From Sulfolobales archaeon (lineage in GTDB: Archaea > Thermoproteota > Thermoprotei_A > Sulfolobales > Desulfurococcaceae): a stretch of 64,000 bases of DNA. The notes under the pieces are model-generated. The model was given only the letters and a program-made list of their open reading frames with translations. It searched no databases and was not told the DNA's origin. This document shows positions 27,543-37,679 of this stretch, one piece after another; the first letter of the stretch is position 1; each line of letters opens with the position of its first letter. The translations under genes and the position numbers were made by a program. The DNA lies in the NCBI GenBank assembly GCA_025059075.1, contig JANXDZ010000006.1, positions 1,169 through 65,168 of the forward strand. The letters are read 5' to 3'.

Positions 27543-28409
27543 ATGAAGTTCCATGGAACTAGAGTTTTATTGAGTGCTCTTAAGTACATAACTATAGGTG
27601 TCTTCATACTATGGGTTCTCATACCTGTAGCTTGGGTTGTATCACTAGCATTTAAACCCTATGCTGAATGGAGAGTGTCGTACTTTGTACCAAAGAACTT
27701 CACGTGGAATAACTTCATAGTCCTCTTTAAATCTGAGGCATTCATTGGAATCATGGGGGCTACAGCAATAGTTGAACCTGTTACTAAGCCTTTAATAAAT
27801 AGCCTTGTTGTTACAAGCCTCTCTACTATAATGGCAGTGATGATAGGGTTCTTTACTGCATATGGAGCAAGTAGATACAATACCCCTGGGCCATTTGGAC
27901 TCTTCTTTACACTACTGACTCGTATGCTTCCACCTGCAACATTCGTTACTCCAATAATGGTCTATTACTCAAACTTAAAGCTTCTCGATACACACTTCAG
28001 CTTGATAATATTGTATTCAGCCGTTACTGTAACGTATGGAATATGGATTCTAAAAGGCTTCATAGACGCCATACCTATTGAGTGGGAGGAGGCAGCAATG
28101 CTTGAGGGAGCTACTCCAATAAAGACTTTATTTAAAGTAGTATTACCGATAGCTAGACCAGGCTTAGTTGTTGCAGGTCTCTTCATATTCCTCCTCACTT
28201 GGACAGAGCTCTTATTTGCCCTCGTATTAACTAATGTATATGCAGTCACTCTCCCTGTACATATAAGTAAGTACGTTGGTGCAGTAGGCCAGCTATATGG
28301 TCCACAGGCTGCTTTAGCACTAATAGGCTCAGTTATACCTATAGCAATAGGTTATGCCATTCAAAAACACCTCGTAACTGGATTCACGTTCGGTATGGTG
28401 AGAGGATGA
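27543..28409 (+). CDS. ABC transporter permease (MalG/UgpE-like)
   Basis: Polytopic protein with EEAAMLEGATPIKTLFKVVLPIARPG (EAA loop). Confidence 0.8.
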   Translation: MKFHGTRVLLSALKYITIGVFILWVLIPVAWVVSLAFKPYAEWRVSYFVPKNFTWNNFIVLFKSEAFIGIMGATAIVEPVTKPLINSLVVTSLSTIMAVMIGFFTAYGASRYNTPGPFGLFFTLLTRMLPPATFVTPIMVYYSNLKLLDTHFSLIILYSAVTVTYGIWILKGFIDAIPIEWEEAAMLEGATPIKTLFKVVLPIARPGLVVAGLFIFLLTWTELLFALVLTNVYAVTLPVHISKYVGAVGQLYGPQAALALIGSVIPIAIGYAIQKHLVTGFTFGMVRG

Positions 28410-29515
28410 AGATAGCTAAAGTAAGAGTTGTAAACGTTACTAAGAGATTCGGAGATCTTGTAGCTGTAAACAATGTGTCATTTGAAGTATATGAAGGTGA
28501 GATATTTACTTTACTTGGGCCGAGTGGCTGCGGTAAAACCACTACTCTTCGAATAATAAGTGGTCTTGAAAAACCTGATTTAGGCAAAGTATATATAGGG
28601 GATAATGATGTAACCACGTTGCCGCCTCAGCTACGTAATGTTTGCTTAGTCTTCCAGGAGTACGCAGTATTCCCACATATGAGTGTCTATGATAACATAG
28701 CCTTTGGACTAAGGGTAAGGAAAGTTCCTAAGGAAGAGCTCTCAAAGAAAGTTCGTGAACTAGCTGAAGTCCTTGAATTAACGGATCGCCTTAATACCAA
28801 GGCCGGTAGACTAGGCATAAGTGAACAACAGAGAATAGCTTTAGCTAGGTGTATAGCTGTAGAACCCGAAGTCCTCCTCCTTGATGAGCCGTTAACTTTT
28901 GCTGATGCTAAAGTTCGTGAAAAAATGAGGAGGGAATTAAAGAAGATTCAGAGAGAGCTCGGTGTAACAATGATTTACGTCACTCATGATCAGCTTGAAG
29001 CAATGATGTTATCAGATAGAATAGCAGTAATGAATAAGGGAAGGCTTTTACAAGTGGGTTCTCCAATTGAAATATATGATAATCCACAGAGCCTCTTCGT
29101 AGCTCACTTCATAGGAAGTCCAACTATTAACACAATTGAAGGTGTATTAGTCAAGGAGCGGGGGAGATTCTTAGTTAAAAGAGGTGAAGTAGCCATAGAT
29201 GTAAGCGAATTCATGAGCTCATACCATAATGTGGAGAGCCTTCTAGGGAGAAATATAGTCATAGGGATCAGGCCTGAGGACGTCTATTTAGATGTAAATG
29301 GCCCTATCGAAGGAGTAGTTGAAGTAATAGAAGTATCTGGCGAAAGACTAGCTATACATATAAGAGTATTCAAGGAGCTAGTGTTAAAAGCCTTAGTGCC
29401 CATTCATGAAATAGTAAGCGAGGGAGAGAGAGTAAGGCTCTCATTTAACTTAGAGAAAGTACATATTTTTGATAAAGCCACAGAGGAGAAAGTAGTATTA
29501 AGTAGGGTGAAGTAG
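28406..29515 (+). CDS. ABC transporter ATPase, MalK/UgpC-like, with degenerate signature motif
   Basis: Walker A GPSGCGKTT, Q-loop VFQEYAVFPHMSV, Walker B LLLDEPL, H-loop VTHDQ. The signature position reads LGISEQQRIALAR instead of LSGGQ. Confidence 0.85.
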   Translation: MKIAKVRVVNVTKRFGDLVAVNNVSFEVYEGEIFTLLGPSGCGKTTTLRIISGLEKPDLGKVYIGDNDVTTLPPQLRNVCLVFQEYAVFPHMSVYDNIAFGLRVRKVPKEELSKKVRELAEVLELTDRLNTKAGRLGISEQQRIALARCIAVEPEVLLLDEPLTFADAKVREKMRRELKKIQRELGVTMIYVTHDQLEAMMLSDRIAVMNKGRLLQVGSPIEIYDNPQSLFVAHFIGSPTINTIEGVLVKERGRFLVKRGEVAIDVSEFMSSYHNVESLLGRNIVIGIRPEDVYLDVNGPIEGVVEVIEVSGERLAIHIRVFKELVLKALVPIHEIVSEGERVRLSFNLEKVHIFDKATEEKVVLSRVK

Positions 29516-29519
29516 TGAA

Positions 29520-30602
29520 ATGCCTTTCCTTGAAGTAAGAGACGTATCAAAGAAGTTTGGAGAAAAAACAGTACTAAAGAACGTTTCATTAACTGTCAAT
29601 AGAGGAGAAGTCTTAGCTATAGCTGGCCCTCCAGGATCAGGTAAAACAACTCTTCTAAAGATCGTTGCTGGATTAATTAGCCCTACAAGCGGTAGAATAT
29701 ACTTAAATGGAATTGATATAACTGATGTTCCACCGCACATTAGGGGCTTCTCAATGGTGTTTGAAAACCCTCCAGTATATCCTGATAGAAGTGGTTATGA
29801 AAACATAGCTTTTCCACTAAAATTGAAAAACATGCCTGAAGCTGAAGTTAGGAAAAGAGTATATGAAATAGCTGATCTTCTTGGAATAAGGCATGTACTC
29901 GATAGAAAGCCAAGTACTTTTAGTGGAGGGGAGTATCAGCGCGTTGCTCTAGCTAGGGCATTAGTAACTAATCCAGCTGTACTTCTTCTCGATGAGCCCT
30001 TGAGGAACTTGGATGCAAAGATTAGGGAATACATGGCTGTATGGCTTAAGCAACTTCAATTAAAAATAGGTGTAACATCTATTTACTCAACTCATGATCC
30101 TTTAGAGGCCCTCACTATAGGAACTAGAGTAGCAGTAATACTTAGTGGAGAAATAAAGCAGTTAGGAGAGCCACTTACGATACTCAATAACCCAGTGAAC
30201 TTAGATGTAGACGATTACGTAAGCATACCAGCTCTTAACATATTTAAGGGAACTGCTAAGGCTTTTAGGGGAAAGCTCGTGATCAATATAGATAAAGTGT
30301 CTATAGAAAAAAATGTGAGCAGTGAATTGCAGTTTGAGGAGAGAAATGTCATAGCAGCAATAAGGCCTAGCGACGTAAGTGTAGTTAAAACATATCAGTC
30401 GGGCACACTTAGTGGGAAAGTTGAATTAATACAGTACTTAGGCGCTAATGCTTTAGCAACTATAAGGCTTAACGATATTGCCATAAGAGTGATCATACCT
30501 AAGACTATTCAGATAAATGAAGGAGACAGCATATACATAGTCCTTGACCCTAGGAATGTGCGAGTATATGATGTTCAGAGTAAGCAGAGAATAGACCTAT
30601 AG
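29520..30602 (+). CDS. ABC transporter ATPase, MalK-like, second paralogue
   Basis: Walker A GPPGSGKTT, signature FSGGEYQRVALARAL, Walker B LLLDEPL, H-loop STHDP. The Q-loop position reads VFENPPVY (Glu in place of Gln). Confidence 0.85.
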   Translation: MPFLEVRDVSKKFGEKTVLKNVSLTVNRGEVLAIAGPPGSGKTTLLKIVAGLISPTSGRIYLNGIDITDVPPHIRGFSMVFENPPVYPDRSGYENIAFPLKLKNMPEAEVRKRVYEIADLLGIRHVLDRKPSTFSGGEYQRVALARALVTNPAVLLLDEPLRNLDAKIREYMAVWLKQLQLKIGVTSIYSTHDPLEALTIGTRVAVILSGEIKQLGEPLTILNNPVNLDVDDYVSIPALNIFKGTAKAFRGKLVINIDKVSIEKNVSSELQFEERNVIAAIRPSDVSVVKTYQSGTLSGKVELIQYLGANALATIRLNDIAIRVIIPKTIQINEGDSIYIVLDPRNVRVYDVQSKQRIDL

Positions 30603-30611
30603 GCATGTGCG

Positions 30612-31601
30612 GTGACTCTGTTGAGACTAGTGACCTTCACTAAAGCTAAAGGATGCATGAGCTTAAGGCTTGGAGTGTTATGGATGGAGAAATACATACT
30701 AGATCTTGGGGAGGCTTTAGTGGATCTTCTCGTAAACAAGTATAGAGTAAGTCGTTGTAGAGCTTATGAATTAGCACACTTCGTAACTAGCGATATACAG
30801 AGATTCATAGAGCTTTCACCCACTTTGTCTCAATTCATAGATGAAGTAACTAGGGAGTATGCAAAAAGTGACTTAGAATACTTAGTTAATGCTGAAATAG
30901 CCTTCGGATTAAATGAGATAAAGTACTTGCCGGTGATACCTAATCCACCAAAAATTATAGGGATAGGGCTTAACTATGAGGAGTATAGAGTGATGTTAAA
31001 ATACCCTAAGCCCGATGTCCCATTGTTCTTCTTCAAGCCTAATAACACATTACTAGGACATGAGGACTATGTAGTTATTCCACGCGGTGGACGGTGGCCG
31101 GGGACTTCATCGAAATGCCTCTTTCATGAATTTGAAATGGCTATAGTCATCGGGAGAAGGGCTAAAGACATTACTAAGGAGGAGGCGCCAAGACATGTTT
31201 TTGGAGTAACGATATTTAGCGACATTACTGCACACGATATTGAGATGGTGCAGCCTGGATTTGTGCTGTATCAACAAAGGTCTAAGGCTTTCAACACCTT
31301 CTCGCCCATGGGTCCATGGATAGTTACAATGAATGAATTCATACAAAAGAGCGTAGACATACATAACTTAAACATACTCCGCAGAAGAAACGGCTTAATT
31401 GAGGGTAAGTCAAATACAAAGAATATGATATATAAGGCGTGGGATATAGTTGAGTTTCTAAGTGAAATAATGACACTTGAACCTGGGGACATAATATCCC
31501 TTGGCAGCCCTCCAGCAGGACCCCCTGAAGGCCTTCAGCCAGGCGATGTAATAGAAGCTGAGCTGGAGTTTGTTGGAGTTCTCAGAAACTACGTAAAGTA
31601 G
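30612..31601 (+). CDS. fumarylacetoacetate hydrolase (FAH) family enzyme (2-keto-3-deoxy-acid dehydratase/hydratase-like)
   Basis: IIGIGLNYEE..., PLFFFKP, FHEFEMAIVIGR, SKAFNTFSPMGPW, PGDIISLGSPPG-like C-terminus. All are typical of the FAH fold. Confidence 0.8.
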   Translation: MTLLRLVTFTKAKGCMSLRLGVLWMEKYILDLGEALVDLLVNKYRVSRCRAYELAHFVTSDIQRFIELSPTLSQFIDEVTREYAKSDLEYLVNAEIAFGLNEIKYLPVIPNPPKIIGIGLNYEEYRVMLKYPKPDVPLFFFKPNNTLLGHEDYVVIPRGGRWPGTSSKCLFHEFEMAIVIGRRAKDITKEEAPRHVFGVTIFSDITAHDIEMVQPGFVLYQQRSKAFNTFSPMGPWIVTMNEFIQKSVDIHNLNILRRRNGLIEGKSNTKNMIYKAWDIVEFLSEIMTLEPGDIISLGSPPAGPPEGLQPGDVIEAELEFVGVLRNYVK

Positions 31602-31655
31602 TAGTTTATTTATCACTGCTCCATAGAGATTTATAGAATTTAAGCTAAAATATCT

Positions 31656-32249
31656 ATGGGGCGCATCATAGTGCGTTCTTCAGCGAGGGAGTTTAAGTGC
31701 CTGAAGTGTATTCAGTGCTGCGTCTTCACGAGTGAAAGCGATCACCCTTTAGTATTTCCATGGGAGAAGAGGTTACTAGAGATAAGGGCGCTTAACTATA
31801 GAGTGGGAGAGGTAAAGTTTGCTCCACGCCTAGTATATGAATTGCCTGATCGAGAGCAAGTTGTCGTACTATATGAATGGCTTATTAATGGGAGGTGTTC
31901 ATTTAATAAGGACTCCACGTGTTTAATTCATGGAGAGCATCCATTAGTTTGTAAGATGTATCCACTGACTATAGGGATTTGGGATAAAACTCTCAGGGTA
32001 AGCATGCAGTGTACGTGGGTAAAGGAGAACAAGTGGATTTTAAACAACTCAATAGACTTACGAAAAGTATTTCGCGAAGAACTTAAGAACGCATTGCTGG
32101 CCTACATAATTATTGAAAGCATTATTAATGCTATTGAAAAAGATAAAGGAGTTTTAGTACGTGAGAACTATGATGCTGCTAGATTAATTGATGTAGATGA
32201 AGTATATAGCGGTATAAATGGGCTTCAGAACATTATGGAAGAATACTAA
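31656..32249 (+). CDS. YkgJ-family Cys-cluster protein (CxxCxxCC putative Zn/Fe-chelating domain)
   Basis: CLKCIQCC near the N-terminus and GRCSFNKDSTCLIHGEHPLVCKMYPL, matching the family pattern. Confidence 0.55.
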   Translation: MGRIIVRSSAREFKCLKCIQCCVFTSESDHPLVFPWEKRLLEIRALNYRVGEVKFAPRLVYELPDREQVVVLYEWLINGRCSFNKDSTCLIHGEHPLVCKMYPLTIGIWDKTLRVSMQCTWVKENKWILNNSIDLRKVFREELKNALLAYIIIESIINAIEKDKGVLVRENYDAARLIDVDEVYSGINGLQNIMEEY

Positions 32250-32319
32250 AGCTAGTAATCACTCTCTAGAATCAGGGAGGTTTTTATTGGGGCAATGGCT
32301 TAAGGAATATTCCTAGAAG

Positions 32320-32709
32320 CTACGAAATTGAGCTTCCGAATATGACTGCAAACACTGCTATTAAAAGACAGCTCTCTACGTAGATGATGTTAATAATCCA
32401 CTTCTCCTTGAGTAATGCGGCGATCAATAGGCCTATTAATAGAGTTGCTAATGCAATAACGCTACTTAATTCTTTGAGAGCATTAGCTGTAGTAAAGTAA
32501 GTTGTAGCTGCAATCAATGGAACTGTAAAGGCGTTGTACAGAGTCCAAGACTTCACTTTCCTACTTAAATGAGCAACGTATATTGGGTATGTGATGAGGA
32601 GTACAATAATTGATGCAACAAGTAGTGCATCTACGTTTATATTATCATTCAATATAGTGCACCTTGGTGTTAGCAATGTACATATACGTGAGTATAATAG
32701 ATGAATCAT
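32320..32709 (-). CDS. small integral membrane protein, unknown function
   Basis: About 4 hydrophobic helices. The 5' end overlaps the long enolase ORF. An internal TTG at 32652 is a plausible alternative start. Confidence 0.4.
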   Translation of the reverse strand: MIHLLYSRICTLLTPRCTILNDNINVDALLVASIIVLLITYPIYVAHLSRKVKSWTLYNAFTVPLIAATTYFTTANALKELSSVIALATLLIGLLIAALLKEKWIINIIYVESCLLIAVFAVIFGSSIS

Positions 32710-33995
32710 TTAATATAAAGCTTGTTAAAGCTAGACAAGTGCTAGATTCAAGAGGGAATCCTACAGTAGAAGTAACTATCCACACTGAGGGAGGTGGAGT
32801 TGGAGTAGCTATATCTCCTTCAGGAGCTTCAACAGGTAAACATGAGGCAGTTGAACTCAGGGATGGTGGGAAGGACTATGGTGGAAGAGGTGTAAGAAGG
32901 GCTGTAGACAACGTTAACAACATAATAGCGCATGCACTAAAGGGCATGGACTCTAGAAAGCAGAGGGAAATAGACTTAAAACTCATAATGCTTGATGGAA
33001 CTCCCAATAAGGCCCGGCTTGGTGGAAACGCTATTGTTGCTACAAGCCTAGCTGTCGCTAAAGCTGCTGCATCAACTAGTGGCATGCCTTTATACGCCTA
33101 TATAGGAGGAGTAAGAGCGCGCAAAATGCCTGTACCATTGATGAATATAATTAATGGTGGTGTACATGCTGGAAATAAGTTAGACTTTCAGGAATTCATG
33201 ATTGTCCCAGGAGGATTTAGTTCATTTAGTGAAGCAATTAAGGCATCAGTTGAAGTATATCACTCCCTAAAGAAGTTACTTAAGGAAAAATATGGGCCTC
33301 TTGCAATAAATGTAGGGGATGAGGGGGGATTCGCGCCTCCCATGAGCTACGTGAAAGAGGCTCTTTCAGAACTAGTTGAAGCAATAAAGGCCGCTGGATA
33401 TACTCCAGGTAATGATATAGCATTAGCTCTAGATGTTGCATCAAGCCAGCTCTACGATACTGAGAAAGGAGTATATAGAATTGAGGGTCGTGAGCTATCT
33501 AGCGATAAACTCCTTGAATTCTACGAAGAACTGGTAAGTGAGTATCCTATAGTGAGCATAGAAGATCCATTTTACGAAGAGGATTATGAAGCATTTAAAG
33601 CACTGACCAATAGACTTGGCAATAAAATTCTGGTAGTAGGCGACGACTTATTCACAACTAACCCGGAGAGAGTTAAGAGAGGGATAGAAGCTAAGGCAGC
33701 TAATGCAGTATTAGTAAAGGTTAATCAAGTTGGAACTCTATCTGAAGCCATGGACGTAGTTAAAATAGCTATTGAAAGCAACTATAAGGCTATAATTAGC
33801 CATAGAAGTGGAGAATCAGAAGACACTACTATAGCGGATTTAGCAGTAGGCTTGGAAACAGGCTTAATAAAAACTGGTGCTCCAAGTAGAGGAGAAAGAA
33901 CCGCTAAGTATAATAGACTACTATTAATTGAAGGTGAGTTAGAGGATCCATTATATCCAGGTTTCTCTATATTCCCAAGAAAGCCCTCTTCATAG
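32676..33995 (+). CDS. eno: enolase (phosphopyruvate hydratase)
   Basis: [55 protein letters not shown]. Start is uncertain: track TTG 32664, ATG 32676 or GTG 32688. Confidence 0.9.
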   Translation: MYIYVSIIDESFNIKLVKARQVLDSRGNPTVEVTIHTEGGGVGVAISPSGASTGKHEAVELRDGGKDYGGRGVRRAVDNVNNIIAHALKGMDSRKQREIDLKLIMLDGTPNKARLGGNAIVATSLAVAKAAASTSGMPLYAYIGGVRARKMPVPLMNIINGGVHAGNKLDFQEFMIVPGGFSSFSEAIKASVEVYHSLKKLLKEKYGPLAINVGDEGGFAPPMSYVKEALSELVEAIKAAGYTPGNDIALALDVASSQLYDTEKGVYRIEGRELSSDKLLEFYEELVSEYPIVSIEDPFYEEDYEAFKALTNRLGNKILVVGDDLFTTNPERVKRGIEAKAANAVLVKVNQVGTLSEAMDVVKIAIESNYKAIISHRSGESEDTTIADLAVGLETGLIKTGAPSRGERTAKYNRLLLIEGELEDPLYPGFSIFPRKPSS

Positions 33996-34054
33996 TGACT
34001 CTTTGAATAACCATGGAGAATAGCACTTAATTAAGACTGTTTTCACAGCATGTT

Positions 34055-35992
34055 TTAGAGGCCTTTAAACTTTACTAAAGCATTGTTTAGCTTTCTTTTA
34101 ACAACTTCGGCAACTATTTTGCCATCTATTTTTCCTCTAACGATCTTCATTACTTCACCCATTATTAAGCTAAATGCTCTCTCTCCTTTTTCAAGAACCT
34201 TAGATTTGTTTTCCTCAATCGCTTTTTCCACAATGCCTTCAAGCTCGCTTATGCTGAGGGCTTCTAGCCCTATTTCAGCTGCTGCTTCTCTAGCTGTTTT
34301 AAATGGTTCTTTAGCCAGCTTAGAGAAGAGATTTGGTAAAGCCTCCTTAGCTATGGTTCCTTCAGCTAAGAGAGCTATTGCTTGCTCTATGTGTTCATCA
34401 GTTATATTCTCTATGGGGACTCCTTCTCTTTTTAAGCTCTTTAACACGCTCTCTACAGCTGAAGCTATTATAGTTGGCTGAACTCTACTTCCATACAGTG
34501 ACACGAGTTCTTCAAATAGATCTAGCCTTAAGCTATTTAAAATCTCCTTAGCAAGCTCTGGGCTAAGGCAGTAGGTTTCAATGAATTTCCTATACTTTAA
34601 GTCGTAAGGCTCTGGAGTAAGCTTCAATGCTTCGTCTAAAATCTCTCTACTAACTTCTACTGGAGGAATATCTGTCTCAGGATACATTCTAGCTGCACCA
34701 GGCCTAGGCCTCATGAACTTCGTCGTTCCATCAGGGTTAGCAGCTCTAGTTTCCTCTGGCACGCCGTTAAAGGCCATGTGAGCTCTTTCAATAACTGCTT
34801 GCAGTGCTTTAAAGGCTTTTTCAGCTCTATCAACTACGAGCACTATGGCGTCGAAACCCTCATTGGCTGAAAGACTCTTGTAAAGCTCATTAACTTCATC
34901 AATACTTATACCGTAGCCCGGTAATTCATCTGTATGAATTATTCCCTTTACTCCACTCCACACTCTTGCGTAATCCGATAGCTCTGTTCCAAAACGTCTC
35001 CCAGGTTGTACTTCTATTCCTAATAAACCCTTAAACCCCTTTAGTACTACTGCATAGACTCCAGTTCCACTCTTTTCTAAAGCACTTCTAATAAGCTTTG
35101 ACTTTGTTTCCCTAAATACTTCAGTTACATTTACTACTTCTCCACTTATACTCTCAGGTCTTAAGCCTCTTTTAATTAATAGATCCTTTATTTTTAGAAG
35201 ATTTATTTGTCTAATGACTTCATATTCAATTACTTTCGATATCATATAGAGGTGTTGTACCCCCTTGATCTCTGTCTTAGCGCCGCCCGCTATTGATACA
35301 TTGAGGTCTTGTCTTATAGTCCCAAGACCTCTCTTAGCCTTGCCTGTAAGCCTCACTAACTGGCCTATCTTAAAGGCCACTCTTTCAGCTTGAAGCGGGC
35401 TCTGTATGTCAGGTGAAGTAGCTATTTCAATAAGAGGTATTCCAAGTCTATCTAATTTATATTCAACTAATTCATCTGTTTCACTAATTTTTCTAGCAGC
35501 ATCTTCCTCAATAGTTATTGTTTCTATACCAACTCTTCCATCTTCATCATCTATATAGCCTCCTAAAGCTACTATTGCTGTGCGCTGAAAGCCTGAGGTA
35601 TTTGAGCCATCTATAACTATTTTTCTCTGCACGTATATTTCATCAACTATGTTTGAATGCAAAGCCATCGCTATAGCTATAGCTATAGCTAGAGCTTCTT
35701 TATTTATTTCATGAGGAGGCTCTTCATCTGCTTCAACAAGGCATGAGGACTCGTGGGGAGAACTATATCTATATACCTTACCCCTATGCCACTCTAGGAA
35801 AGCTGCTACATCAACTTCTCCTGTCTCACTTCTAGCAGGCCTAAGTATTCTATCAAAAGTGAAGTCCTCACTGCCTTCAACTAGCTTTGTAGGGCAATTG
35901 CAGAAGAGCTTTCTAGAAGTATTTAATTGAACGTGTATTTCTAACCCTACTTTAAGGCCTAACGATCTGTAGTCACTGCTCACATACTCCAC
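34055..35992 (-). CDS. gatE: Glu-tRNA(Gln) amidotransferase subunit E
   Basis: GLEIHVQLNTSRKLFCNC, IRQDLNVSI, and a 645-aa archaeal GatE architecture. Overlaps the gatD stop by 13 nt. Confidence 0.9.
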   Translation of the reverse strand: MEYVSSDYRSLGLKVGLEIHVQLNTSRKLFCNCPTKLVEGSEDFTFDRILRPARSETGEVDVAAFLEWHRGKVYRYSSPHESSCLVEADEEPPHEINKEALAIAIAIAMALHSNIVDEIYVQRKIVIDGSNTSGFQRTAIVALGGYIDDEDGRVGIETITIEEDAARKISETDELVEYKLDRLGIPLIEIATSPDIQSPLQAERVAFKIGQLVRLTGKAKRGLGTIRQDLNVSIAGGAKTEIKGVQHLYMISKVIEYEVIRQINLLKIKDLLIKRGLRPESISGEVVNVTEVFRETKSKLIRSALEKSGTGVYAVVLKGFKGLLGIEVQPGRRFGTELSDYARVWSGVKGIIHTDELPGYGISIDEVNELYKSLSANEGFDAIVLVVDRAEKAFKALQAVIERAHMAFNGVPEETRAANPDGTTKFMRPRPGAARMYPETDIPPVEVSREILDEALKLTPEPYDLKYRKFIETYCLSPELAKEILNSLRLDLFEELVSLYGSRVQPTIIASAVESVLKSLKREGVPIENITDEHIEQAIALLAEGTIAKEALPNLFSKLAKEPFKTAREAAAEIGLEALSISELEGIVEKAIEENKSKVLEKGERAFSLIMGEVMKIVRGKIDGKIVAEVVKRKLNNALVKFKGL

Positions 35993-37329
35993 CTTGGATA
36001 AAGATCTAGTGTATGCCTTAAGTTTATTTCTCCAGCAATGTTTGTCCTAAGGATCCTTCGCACTTCATCTACATCCCTTGTCTTGCCGAGAACCCAGGAT
36101 AGCTTGACGTAAGCTGTTTCAGGAAGCATGTCATCACCTGGAATTACGCCTATTTCAAGAAGTTTCCTCCCAGTGCTGTAAACATGCATATTTACTCTAC
36201 CGAAGAGACACTGGCTAGTCATAACGATGCTTACTCCTTCATCTATAGCTCTCTTAAATGACTCTACTACAGCATTTGGCGCATGGCCGAGGCCCGTTCC
36301 CTCTACAACTATTCCGCGATATCCCTTATCCACTAGGAAATCTATTATCTCGCTGGAGAACCCAGGATAGGTTTTTACAAGGGCTACTTTATTGTCGAAG
36401 TGGTTTTCAAGAATTGGTTCCTTACTCTCACTTCTTTCCTCGTAGACTTTGCCAACTATCCTTAGCTCATTTCTAGCTGGATACACTATAGCTATAGGCT
36501 TGTCATTTATTGACTGAAATGCATCACGTCTACTCGTATGCATTTTCCTAGCTTTCACTCCCCTATGCACTAAGGCGTAGGCATCCCCTGTTTCACCGTG
36601 CATTACTATCACTGATTCAGCGAACGGAGCCTTTACAGCAACTATGAATGCAGCATGGAGGTTGAAAGCTGAATCAGTGCTCGGTCTATCACTACTTCTC
36701 TGAGAACCTGTTAGAACTATTGGAGAAGGCTTATTTCTTATAGCGAATGCTAGTGCAGCAGCTGTATAACTCATTGTGTCAGTTCCATGAGCTATAATAA
36801 CTCCTCTATAGCCTGATGAGATCACTCTATACACTTCTTCAGCTATCTTAGCCCATAGAGCTGGCGTCATATCCTCACTAAATATCCTTAAAACCTCTCT
36901 TACTTCTATAAATGATACTTCAGCCAGCTCAGGTGCCCACTCAAGCAATTCACTTACGTTAAGGGAAGGCTTTACAGCACCGGTCTCATAGTCAATTTTT
37001 GACAATATGGTTCCTCCAGTGCTCAGTAATGCTACCTTAGGCAACTCCGCCTTCTGTTCTCTCTCAACAACTCTGCGTTCTCCAAAAGCTTTTGCCTCAA
37101 TTTTTTCAATGCATGTACTTTCATCAACTTTTATGCCTACTTTATAGCCGTTGTTTAATCTAACTACTAGAATGGGCTTATCTCCATATAGTAACTCGCG
37201 TGGCATGAGCATTCCTTCTACAATTAGGCTTCTCTTACGTACTCTAACTATATCTCCTGGTTTTAACTCAAGTTTCTCCAATAGTTCGGCTAGAAAGCCT
37301 CTATAGCCCCAGTGCTCATGAGTTCTCAA
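35980..37329 (-). CDS. gatD: Glu-tRNA(Gln) amidotransferase subunit D
   Basis: Asparaginase-like LLSTGGTILSK and IAHGTDTMSYTAAAL. TTG start. 449 aa. Confidence 0.9.
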   Translation of the reverse strand: MRTHEHWGYRGFLAELLEKLELKPGDIVRVRKRSLIVEGMLMPRELLYGDKPILVVRLNNGYKVGIKVDESTCIEKIEAKAFGERRVVEREQKAELPKVALLSTGGTILSKIDYETGAVKPSLNVSELLEWAPELAEVSFIEVREVLRIFSEDMTPALWAKIAEEVYRVISSGYRGVIIAHGTDTMSYTAAALAFAIRNKPSPIVLTGSQRSSDRPSTDSAFNLHAAFIVAVKAPFAESVIVMHGETGDAYALVHRGVKARKMHTSRRDAFQSINDKPIAIVYPARNELRIVGKVYEERSESKEPILENHFDNKVALVKTYPGFSSEIIDFLVDKGYRGIVVEGTGLGHAPNAVVESFKRAIDEGVSIVMTSQCLFGRVNMHVYSTGRKLLEIGVIPGDDMLPETAYVKLSWVLGKTRDVDEVRRILRTNIAGEINLRHTLDLYPRWSM

Positions 37330-37419
37330 GTCCTACACCGCCTTTTCCTACATAAAGAGATTGCCTTCTACTAACTATAATGCTCTCTACAGACATAATA
37401 AATAGTTAAAGGCAAGGCA

Positions 37420-37581
37420 TTATTGTAAAACAGTCTTCTCAGCTTCCGCCTTTTGCTTTCTAACTAAGTACTCCTTCCTATTTCGAGTTCTTGGAGACAT
37501 ATTCCTCCTGGGTTTTGGCGGGATCTTTGGAGTAGCACTCCTAACCTTACCCGCCTTAGTCATTGAGCCATGTGTTGGCAT
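37420..37581 (-). CDS. rps30e: 30S ribosomal protein S30e
   Basis: Own translation; the gene is below the track length cut-off. Product: MPTHGSMTKAGKVRSATPKIPPKPRRNMSPRTRNRKEYLVRKQKAEAEKTVLQ*. The MPxHGSLTKAGKVRxxTPKI pattern is diagnostic of S30e. Confidence 0.8.
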   Translation of the reverse strand: MPTHGSMTKAGKVRSATPKIPPKPRRNMSPRTRNRKEYLVRKQKAEAEKTVLQ

Positions 37582-37679
37582 GATATCAGCCTACGTACTC
37601 CACTTACTCTAGCCAAATAATGTTGTACACCTATATATATCTCTTTGTCTAAAAATATCACTGTAAACGGTGGATTCAT

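Noticed and set aside
20873-31492. About a dozen antisense ORFs inside the sugar island (e.g. 20873..21097, 21209..21502, 23799..24023, 24999..25226, 25737..25973, 26619..26885, 27045..27344, 27659..27880, 27965..28249, 28384..28617, 29404..29740, 31107..31492)
   Set aside because: Each is fully contained in, and antisense to, a gene with diagnostic motifs.
32652-32709. Apparent divergent overlap between the membrane-protein gene and enolase
   Set aside because: It is most likely caused by over-extended starts on both ORFs. Enolase homology begins near [16 protein letters not shown], and an internal TTG at 32652 is available for the minus gene. It is not a genuine overlap.
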